32,000 nucleotides of DNA, from positions 180,001 through 212,000 of the forward strand of contig SHMX01000004.1 of the NCBI GenBank assembly GCA_008080745.1, read 5' to 3'. Source of the DNA: Candidatus Thorarchaeota archaeon. GTDB taxonomy: Archaea; Asgardarchaeota; Thorarchaeia; Thorarchaeales; Thorarchaeaceae. Of the stretch, positions 8,549-16,505 are shown in pieces. Position 1 is the stretch's first letter, and each line of letters starts with the position of its first letter. Below the pieces are notes generated by a model. That model was not told the DNA's origin. It saw only the letters and a list, made by a program, of their open reading frames with translations, and did not search any database. Both the position numbers and the translations under genes were made by a program.

Positions 8549-9142
8549 TTGAAAGAAGCGGCGTATATCTACAAGATATGTGTTATTGGAAATGGGGGTG
8601 TAGGTAAAACAAGTGCTGTAAAACGTTACTCTAAGGACGTATTCAGTGAAGACTATCAAGTCACAGTAGGTGTACAGCATTCTTCACAAACCATTAAGAT
8701 TGAGGGTGATGAGGGACCAACATTGGTAAAGACAATAGTGTGGGACCTGGGCGGGCAAGACAAATTCAAGTTCGTACGTCCAATGTTTTATCGTGCAGCT
8801 CGTGGGTTAGTCCTAATGTTCGATATTACCGATAAAAAGTCATTCGAAGATTTACCAAAATGGATTCAAGAAGCAGAGTCCAATATAGGACACTCTGTAC
8901 CAATCATATTAGTGGCGAATAAGGTTGACCTAGATAATCATGCCATTGAAATCCACGAAATCGAGCGTTATGCTGAATTTATTGGTGCAGAATACATTCT
9001 TGCATCAGTAAAGACTGGAGAGAATATCGATAACGTCTTTGTTAAGATCGGTGAAGCTCTTTATAATAATCGGGAACCAAGTACTAGAACTGGTTCCGAG
9101 AATGTTTCTTGTATTTCAACAGTGGGACGCGCTTCTATTTAG
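8549..9142 (+). CDS. Rab-like small GTPase (Ras superfamily)
   Basis: G1 GNGGVGKT, G2 TVGV, G3 WDLGGQDKF, RabF-like FYRAARG, G4 NKVD, G5 SVK. Confidence 0.92.
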   Translation: MKEAAYIYKICVIGNGGVGKTSAVKRYSKDVFSEDYQVTVGVQHSSQTIKIEGDEGPTLVKTIVWDLGGQDKFKFVRPMFYRAARGLVLMFDITDKKSFEDLPKWIQEAESNIGHSVPIILVANKVDLDNHAIEIHEIERYAEFIGAEYILASVKTGENIDNVFVKIGEALYNNREPSTRTGSENVSCISTVGRASI

Positions 9143-9170
9143 TTAATACACACAGTAGATTTTTAGTTGG

Positions 9171-11405
9171 TTGTTTCTGAGATTCAGATGTATTCCATTG
9201 AGTAATGAAATTGAGGACCTTGCGAAATCTGTTTTGCTTGATATAGGACATTCCATTCAAGATACTTTAGTAGAAAATAGACGTGTGAATAGAACTGTAT
9301 CTGAAGCGGTACGAATTGCCTCTTTGATTTACTCTCTTAGTATGTTTCAAAATAGAGACGCATTAGAGTTAGTGAAATCGAAAAGAATGCCGTTTTTATC
9401 CCTGTCATATCCTGCACAACAAAATGGCATATCTATTGACCAAGTGGTTTCGTTGGTTAGAGATCTATTAGACCAAGATATTAGAGTTTACAATACTATC
9501 TCGGAACTCACAACTCTTCAATATATTGAGCTTCTCCATCGGATTCATTCCTTAGGAGTATTCAATCCTATCATGCTTCGTAAGACAAAAACTCAACGAA
9601 AAACTGGGTCTGTCTATACTCCTTATTCCTTAGCAAAACACATTGTGAAATTAACAATCAATCCTCTTGTTAAAAAGTATTCCTCACCAAGTTCTATACC
9701 TGATTTTCTCTCAATTCGAATACTAGATCCTGCTTGTGGGCCTGGTATGTTCCTCGTTGCCTTGTACTTAGAATTCTGCACTCATATTAAGCATGTATTA
9801 TCGGAATCCCTTGCCACTCATGAAAAACTGGATTCTTCTCAATTAGTTGAGATTAAAGGAGGAATTGCAAGAAATCTATTTGGAGTTGATTTAGACAAGG
9901 CATCTTTGGAAATTGCAGATGTCGCTCTTAGTTTATTATCTGATGTAGATTTGATGGAAGAATCAGCATTTCTTGATAAGACTTTGAAACAGGGTAATTC
10001 TCTTATATCTATCAGTGGACTTGATGGCGGCCAGGATTACAGCAGTTTCTTTTCTGACCCATTAGCTCGATTACCTTTTGAATGGAGATCAGAATATACA
10101 ACCTGTTTTCAAAGAGGAGATTTCGGATTTGATTGTATTGTGATGAATCCCCCTTACAATAGACTAAAACCAAACCTCGCTGAATTTCTACGAGAAAAAT
10201 TGGTAATAGGTGAACGCGAGATACAGATGAGCTCTTTTGATGCATTCAAATCACAGCTTGCTGAGGATGTTGGTTACTTTCGAAATTCTGGAGAGTATCA
10301 ACTTGCTAACAAATACACTCTCGATACTTATCGTTTGTTCGTTGAGCGGGCTATTCAACTCTTAAGACCCTCAGGATATATGGGCTTCATAGTTCCATCA
10401 ACCCTTCTAGGAGATCTTTCTGCTAAGATGCTTCGAAAATACATCTTCTCTCATACCGATGTTGATACAATTGAGATATACGTAGAACAAGCTGGATTAT
10501 TCGAGCAAGTTACTCAATCCGTTTGTATTCTCACCACTCAACTTGGTAGTCCAAGTCAGAATATTACTCTAAAATTTGATGGAACTGAACTGGGTAAATT
10601 TTCTTCTCAAAAATTCATAAAACTATCCACAGAAGAGATTCGACAGGTTTCAGGCTCTTCAATGGTCGTTCCTCAGGTTACGCGGGATGGTTTAGGAATC
10701 CTAAAAAAGATACATAGACATCCCTCCTTGGGTCAACTTAGATGGGTGGAAATTTTTAGAGGTGAACTCGATCTTACAAATAATTCTTCATTCATTCAAG
10801 ATCATCAAAATGATACTCCTCTCATTCGTGGAGCTAACATCGATCGTTTTAGAATCGATTTAGATTCTATTGAACACTCAGTTAATTTCGAATTTTTTTC
10901 CGAATGGTTGAAGGGTTCTCGTAGACATCCCCATCTTCAACAACAAAGGATAGCCTGTCAACAAATATCAAATAGGGCTCAGAGATGGAGATTAAAATTT
11001 GCGAAGATTTCACCCAATTCCATCTTAGCTAATTCATGCAATTATATTGCAGTATCAAATTATAATCCGTCTGACTATCTTGATTACTTGCTAGGGTTAC
11101 TCAACTCCAGTCTTCTAAACTGGAGATTCGCCTTATCAAATACCAATAATCATGTGTCAAATAGAGAATTGGCTGCTCTTCCTGTTGTAAATCCCGTTAC
11201 TGCTACTGCAAATGGAACAAAGCTAATTCAACAAATAATTGACTGGGTACGAGAGCATACCTCAAATAGAATCGATACAGTTCCTCTTGATATCTTAGTA
11301 TTCCGTTTGTTCGGACTTGATCCAAATGAAGCCAAAGTAATATTGACTCGACAAAATGCAGGAAAGAGTGAGATGTCTGAGATTATTAGTAGCTTAATTT
11401 TGTAG
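9171..11405 (+). CDS. N6-adenine DNA methyltransferase, gamma class, resembling the Alw26I/Eco31I/Esp3I (M1.BsaI-like) family
   Basis: GSVYTP, ILDPACGPGMFL and IVMNPPY in gamma order, plus a TaqI-like C-terminal region (PLIRGANIDRF). The segment FIVPSTLLGD...LRKYIF...AGLFEQVTQ resembles this family as I recall it. Confidence 0.85.
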   Translation: MFLRFRCIPLSNEIEDLAKSVLLDIGHSIQDTLVENRRVNRTVSEAVRIASLIYSLSMFQNRDALELVKSKRMPFLSLSYPAQQNGISIDQVVSLVRDLLDQDIRVYNTISELTTLQYIELLHRIHSLGVFNPIMLRKTKTQRKTGSVYTPYSLAKHIVKLTINPLVKKYSSPSSIPDFLSIRILDPACGPGMFLVALYLEFCTHIKHVLSESLATHEKLDSSQLVEIKGGIARNLFGVDLDKASLEIADVALSLLSDVDLMEESAFLDKTLKQGNSLISISGLDGGQDYSSFFSDPLARLPFEWRSEYTTCFQRGDFGFDCIVMNPPYNRLKPNLAEFLREKLVIGEREIQMSSFDAFKSQLAEDVGYFRNSGEYQLANKYTLDTYRLFVERAIQLLRPSGYMGFIVPSTLLGDLSAKMLRKYIFSHTDVDTIEIYVEQAGLFEQVTQSVCILTTQLGSPSQNITLKFDGTELGKFSSQKFIKLSTEEIRQVSGSSMVVPQVTRDGLGILKKIHRHPSLGQLRWVEIFRGELDLTNNSSFIQDHQNDTPLIRGANIDRFRIDLDSIEHSVNFEFFSEWLKGSRRHPHLQQQRIACQQISNRAQRWRLKFAKISPNSILANSCNYIAVSNYNPSDYLDYLLGLLNSSLLNWRFALSNTNNHVSNRELAALPVVNPVTATANGTKLIQQIIDWVREHTSNRIDTVPLDILVFRLFGLDPNEAKVILTRQNAGKSEMSEIISSLIL

Positions 11406-11450
11406 TTTATTTCTTGTACATTAGAGTAATCTTTTCATAGTCTAAATCAG

Positions 11451-12692
11451 ATGTGTTTTCTGAATGGTATGGTCCTTGTTCAAGCAGAGATGGTGAGTTC
11501 ACAGAAGGAGAAGAATTCACTATTTAATCATGTGAGTGCAACACTCAGTCAGTTAGATATGGAGATGATACAATCTGTTCCACAGGGGGGAAACTGGCAA
11601 GATATACCCTCTCACATAGTGGAAAAATCCGCCCGATTGATGCAAATTCGAGAATCTGGTGGAAGAACCACATACTACGGCCGTTTGCATCCTGATTACC
11701 CGAGTTATACAATTAGTACCTACTTCAATAGACCAGGGAATGGTACCTTTATTCATCCCGATCAAGATCGACTCATATCTTTACGCGAAGGAGCGAGACT
11801 ACAATCCTTCCCTGATGATTATCGCTTTTTAGGAAGCCAAACTTCGATGTACAAACAGATCGGGAACGCAGTACCTCCACTATTAGCAAGGTCTATTGCT
11901 GAGAGTATACCTGTTGGTCTTGCCGTAGACCTTTTTGCTGGTGCGGGTGGTCTCTCTCTTGGTTTGGTCCAATCAGGACATAGACCTATTGTTGCTGCAG
12001 ATAATAATCGTAACATGTGCCTTACTTATTCATATAATCACCCTGATACAATGACATCTCTCTCTAATCTCCAAAATACAGAAGATTTTGAAAATTTATG
12101 CAACTTGATTGATAATACCCTTCATGGAAGAACATTACAGCTAGTTGCAGGAGGTCCACCTTGTCAGGGTTTCTCTACCGCTGGAAAATGGGATAGCAGA
12201 GACTCAAGAAATTCACTAGTGGTACCAATGCTGAAGGTGATTCAAAGATTCCAACCAGAATTTGTTTTGATTGAAAATGTTCTTGGACTCAAGTGGATGG
12301 AAAAGGGAGCAATCCTTCAGAGAATAATCTCTATCCTTGATTCAATGGAATATTCTACTCAATGGTACACATTCAAGGCAGAAGCATATGGTGTACCACA
12401 GAGACGAAGAAGAATTTTCATCATAGGGTCCCGATCTGGTGACTACGACGCGCCCACTCCTTTTTTTGCTTCGGTAAAACGAACCAGAAATCGTGACATC
12501 ATCCAATATTCATCGAATCAACTTCCATTACCAATCTCTGTTCGAGAAGCGATATTCGACCTGCCTGAGATAGAATCAGGGAATATCTCACATATACAAT
12601 CATATAATGGTGAAAGCGTTTTATCAAATTACCAGAAATACATGCGTGATGAGATATCTTACGAAGAATTTCTCAAATCAGTACAATCCTGA
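11451..12692 (+). CDS. Circularly permuted C5-cytosine DNA methyltransferase (M2.BsaI/M2.Eco31I-like)
   Basis: Motifs IX (LREGARLQSFPDDY) and X (YKQIGNAVPP) come before motif I (DLFAGAGG), IV (GGPPCQGFS), VI (ENV) and VIII (GVPQRRRRIF). Confidence 0.93.
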   Translation: MCFLNGMVLVQAEMVSSQKEKNSLFNHVSATLSQLDMEMIQSVPQGGNWQDIPSHIVEKSARLMQIRESGGRTTYYGRLHPDYPSYTISTYFNRPGNGTFIHPDQDRLISLREGARLQSFPDDYRFLGSQTSMYKQIGNAVPPLLARSIAESIPVGLAVDLFAGAGGLSLGLVQSGHRPIVAADNNRNMCLTYSYNHPDTMTSLSNLQNTEDFENLCNLIDNTLHGRTLQLVAGGPPCQGFSTAGKWDSRDSRNSLVVPMLKVIQRFQPEFVLIENVLGLKWMEKGAILQRIISILDSMEYSTQWYTFKAEAYGVPQRRRRIFIIGSRSGDYDAPTPFFASVKRTRNRDIIQYSSNQLPLPISVREAIFDLPEIESGNISHIQSYNGESVLSNYQKYMRDEISYEEFLKSVQS

Positions 12693-12763
12693 TTTGCGGA
12701 GGATTTTTCCATAGAAGTATTTTATAGTTTCATTCCCTTTATCTATCAGATGGAGTAATTGCA

Positions 12764-14449
12764 TTGATAGTTCATGCGGCTTTAATCGACCTACTAAGTG
12801 GCAAAGTAATGTCACAGTTGGATTTCACAAAGGGAAACCTAAGATCGGCACAGGTTGATATGGCTGTAGATAGTTATTTTGCATTCTTACAGGCAGGACT
12901 TGAAGATACATGTAGTACAGCTGAAATTGGGAGCAATGCTGTTTTACTCTGCAAAGTGAATGATATCACTCTCTTGGCTTGTTTTAGTGATGATAAAAAA
13001 ATAGATGACGACCAACTAGAATCTGCGAAAATACTCAGTTCTCAAGTCAAAGAACGAATTGGTGAAAAATCTGCAAGAAAGGTTAGAGGTATATTTCCTT
13101 CTTTAGCACGTGAGCAGTTTCAGAAAGCGGTATCAATTTTCTTCGTATCACACCATTATCCTGAGATTGATAATAAATCTGGACAAGCGGTACAGAAACT
13201 ACTGAATAGCAAACACTCATCCAATGAATCCTATTCTGTAAATGTGGGTCCATTTTCAATTTCATACAAACACGGTATTCCATCGGAGATTACGGGGTAT
13301 GATTCTAAATCACTGGAAGATATCGATGTTCTTGTATTTATTATATCTAATCCAATTTGGCCTGAATCAATATTTGACAGCGTTATCAGGAGATTTCGTG
13401 AGCATCCTGATATTCCGATACTTGTGGTTCCGGGATCTGATGATTATCTAGAAATTACCCGAAAATATGAAGAAAAATACGAAGTCATATTGTGCGATTC
13501 TGTTTCAGATGACCCGCATCGACTACTTGTATCGGTATTAGCATACAGTGGACTATCATTTGAACAACCAGAAATAGCAATGCAGAAATGGAGAATGGAC
13601 TCTATCGAAGCTTCTTCTGATGAACATTTACGGGAGAAAGAGGAGTTACTAGGACATCAAGCATTTTTTGTAATCGACAAACAAACAGGAAGACCAGTTT
13701 ACACTTATTTTTATGACCAACAATCTGTACTGCTTGATAGAATTCCCAATGTTGTGGCAGCTATTTCAGCTTTATCAATGGATCCTGATAGTAGCACGAA
13801 AACATCCGTTGTGCGAACTGGAAACTTGAATTATGCAATTATTGAGCGGAATGATTTGATATTTACATTGATTACTGGTCTAAAAGAAGATGCAGATGCT
13901 ATACGTTCTCAGTTCGCATTCCTACCTGATCTCTATTTTGACGAAGCACCTGATGATGTTATCAAACATGAGAATCCATATTCTGCTCCTCCCTTCACCT
14001 TGAAACTTCTAGCTACACTGCCTCCTGAACCCTTACCTGGGCGACTTATTCCGCAGCATAAGAATGAACCAGAATGGGAGAAATTCAAAGAGGAATCAGT
14101 CAGAGACTTCATTCAAGCCATTTGGCATACAATTGATGGAGATCGACCTATTTCCAGAATGGCTGTGGGTGATGGACCTCTCTTAGTGATAGGTGCTCTT
14201 CATCTCCTTAAATCACTAGGTGCTATAAACATGAAAATTGACGTGAGGTTGGAAGACATACCTGTATTGCAGACTACAGATCCTTCACATGTCAAATTAC
14301 CTTACACTGGGATCGAGTCGGTTCTGGATTATGTCAATGGAGATAATACATTGGGTGATATTTGCAATCACACGAATATAGAAATAGAGGTACTGAGAAC
14401 AGTCTTTGGGATGCTCTATAATCGTGGAGTTATTGATTTTCTGGAGTAG
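12764..14449 (+). CDS. Longin-like / degenerate GTPase-fold / longin-like / tandem winged-helix protein
   Basis: Segment-by-segment similarity to the next gene. Second longin-like region FFVIDKQTGRPVYTYFY...NVVAAISAL...IIERNDLIFTLIT. Two C-terminal repeats IDGDRPI and VNGDNTL...LYNRGVIDF. Confidence 0.75.
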   Translation: MIVHAALIDLLSGKVMSQLDFTKGNLRSAQVDMAVDSYFAFLQAGLEDTCSTAEIGSNAVLLCKVNDITLLACFSDDKKIDDDQLESAKILSSQVKERIGEKSARKVRGIFPSLAREQFQKAVSIFFVSHHYPEIDNKSGQAVQKLLNSKHSSNESYSVNVGPFSISYKHGIPSEITGYDSKSLEDIDVLVFIISNPIWPESIFDSVIRRFREHPDIPILVVPGSDDYLEITRKYEEKYEVILCDSVSDDPHRLLVSVLAYSGLSFEQPEIAMQKWRMDSIEASSDEHLREKEELLGHQAFFVIDKQTGRPVYTYFYDQQSVLLDRIPNVVAAISALSMDPDSSTKTSVVRTGNLNYAIIERNDLIFTLITGLKEDADAIRSQFAFLPDLYFDEAPDDVIKHENPYSAPPFTLKLLATLPPEPLPGRLIPQHKNEPEWEKFKEESVRDFIQAIWHTIDGDRPISRMAVGDGPLLVIGALHLLKSLGAINMKIDVRLEDIPVLQTTDPSHVKLPYTGIESVLDYVNGDNTLGDICNHTNIEIEVLRTVFGMLYNRGVIDFLE

Positions 14450-14627
14450 GGATTCATCATATGTATTACTGTTCTTCAGCTGACGATACGACACGTTGTA
14501 TCTATGAATCTCCTTTAGTCCAAGTACATGATAGATACCTTATTCTATTGTTATTACCAGATGAACACATCCAAAATGCAATAAGTATTAGCCAGAATCT
14601 TAAACTGTTACAGGAGTTCGTATTTGT

Positions 14628-16505
14628 TTGATTCATAATGTTCTACTGGTCAATAAAGTCGATGGTGAAGTAGTCACTAAAACAAGATTTTGGCGTATAG
14701 ATTTCACTGAATCTGATATTCAAGACTTTATTGTAGGCTATCGTGATGTGCGTAATACCCAAGGACTAGCAGAAGATACTCCTGTTTTTGTGGGCCCCCA
14801 CAAGATCTTTCATGGTGACGTAGACGATGATATGATTCTGATGTTTGTTACTGATGGTCGTGATGAGGATCGTACTATCAAGTCCAAAGTTCGTGAAGGG
14901 GCGGCAAAGATATCTACATCTCTTCGAGGAAACTCAATCGGTTATATTCGGGACAATCTCGAAGATATCCTTGGAGACCTAATCTTTACTCGATTCAAGG
15001 TTTCCTTCGTAGGCAGTGGTGGTGTGGGAAAGAGTACGTTACTTCGCCTTCTCTTCGGCAAAGAACCAGCTCCTGGTGGTTACACTCCTACTATCAATGT
15101 TGCTGTAGATAGCAGCGAAACAGTGCAATTTGGCACATTTCTAATTACGATCTGGGACTTCGCAGGGCAGGCTGTTTTCCAAGATCTTTGGGAGTTTTAC
15201 TTTTCAGGAACAGATGTCATCTTCCTCATCTGTGATAGCAGTTTTAGGAATGTCATGCAGACAAAGACACTCTTGAGAAATATTAGAAAAGAGGCTCCAG
15301 GCGTACCATTGTATATCATTGCAAACAAACAGGACCTTCCCGAGTCAATGAAAGCAGACAAAATTCAAAGATTGCTTGGCGCTTCAACTTTTCCAATGAT
15401 TGCAGTAAATAAAGAACGTAGAAATGAATTCATTCGTTTCATGCTAGAGGTTGCTGCAAACACCATTGGTGTTGAGCTTCCAGACCGTCCCATATCTGAG
15501 ATGATTACTGTTAGAAGAGAAACCGAACCTGAACAGGCCGCTCCAGGGACCGATGCTGCAGAATCTGTCGATTCTTCTGAAACAGGAGATATAGAAGAAA
15601 CTCATGCAGTTGAGAGTGATACTGAGGTAGTATCTGGCCCCCCAACAAAAATCCTGCAGTTATTGTTCATAGTTCAGAATCAAAACATGTATGAGATTTC
15701 GCTTCATCTGAACTACACACAAGAAGATGTAGATCCAAGTTCAATAACTTCGCTCATCAATGCCCTTGATATGTTCAAGGGGATGGGTGATGAGGGGGCA
15801 GATCCATCGAAACAGACTGATTCTCTAAAGACTATTGAACATGACGGAAAGGTTGGCAATCATACATGGGTTGAGAAGACCGACCATTTCATTCTCGCAG
15901 CAATTGTTAACAATACACGTGATGAAGATCAAATCCGGGTCATCATGAAGTCGATTCTAGATGAGGCTGAGGACAGATACAAAACAGAATTACGTGGTTT
16001 GAATCCCTCAGAACCCATCGATATCTCCATGTTCGAACCCTTGATTTTTGACATTCTTGATTTGTATCCCCTGCGCAAACTGGGACTTAATTACCTTGTC
16101 AGAGCTAGAGAGGCTGGTAGACCTCTTCCATTTGATAATAGAACGGTGGGTCACGCAGTTGTCACAGTTAAAGCTGCAATCGATGGTACATCCACGGTCG
16201 GAAGTCTTGTCAGGGCTTTAGACTTGACGCGTGACAAAGTCTTCGGAGCTTTGCAGATTATGGAAAAGTATGGTTGGGTCGACTTCAAGGTCGATATCGG
16301 ACCTGATACTGTTCTTCTTAAAGTTCGAGAACCTGATCCTGAGATTGGAAAGATATACGGTGAAGTTATGCTTAATCTCATTGACCGGTGTGATGGAAAG
16401 ACACCTCTCAAGGATATTGTAAAAGCATTGAAGATCTCGTTACCACCAGTTATCTTTGTTGTGACTAAACTGGTGCTAGATAGTGTGCTTGAAGTAGTTG
16501 CATGA
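14628..16505 (+). CDS. Longin-like / small GTPase (Arf/Rag-like) / acidic linker / longin-like / tandem winged-helix protein
   Basis: G1 GSGGVGKST, G2 YTPT, G3 WDFAGQ, G4 NKQD. The N-terminal (VLLVNKVDG...ILMFVTD) and internal (ITSLINAL...ILAAIVN) segments are longin-like. Two C-terminal repeats IDGTSTV...MEKYGWVDF and CDGKTPL...LVLDSVLEV. Confidence 0.85.
   Translation: MIHNVLLVNKVDGEVVTKTRFWRIDFTESDIQDFIVGYRDVRNTQGLAEDTPVFVGPHKIFHGDVDDDMILMFVTDGRDEDRTIKSKVREGAAKISTSLRGNSIGYIRDNLEDILGDLIFTRFKVSFVGSGGVGKSTLLRLLFGKEPAPGGYTPTINVAVDSSETVQFGTFLITIWDFAGQAVFQDLWEFYFSGTDVIFLICDSSFRNVMQTKTLLRNIRKEAPGVPLYIIANKQDLPESMKADKIQRLLGASTFPMIAVNKERRNEFIRFMLEVAANTIGVELPDRPISEMITVRRETEPEQAAPGTDAAESVDSSETGDIEETHAVESDTEVVSGPPTKILQLLFIVQNQNMYEISLHLNYTQEDVDPSSITSLINALDMFKGMGDEGADPSKQTDSLKTIEHDGKVGNHTWVEKTDHFILAAIVNNTRDEDQIRVIMKSILDEAEDRYKTELRGLNPSEPIDISMFEPLIFDILDLYPLRKLGLNYLVRAREAGRPLPFDNRTVGHAVVTVKAAIDGTSTVGSLVRALDLTRDKVFGALQIMEKYGWVDFKVDIGPDTVLLKVREPDPEIGKIYGEVMLNLIDRCDGKTPLKDIVKALKISLPPVIFVVTKLVLDSVLEVVA

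Noticed and set aside
9171-9600. Fused restriction endonuclease (Type IIG) in the m6A methyltransferase
   Set aside because: The N-terminal region is short and shows no PD-(D/E)xK or HNH motif by eye.
14450-14515. Possible stem-loop between the two longin-GTPase genes (GATTCAT...GATACGA-cacg-TTGTATC...ATGAATC)
   Set aside because: The stems are short and AT-rich, with no U-tract and no second copy, so they cannot be told from chance.
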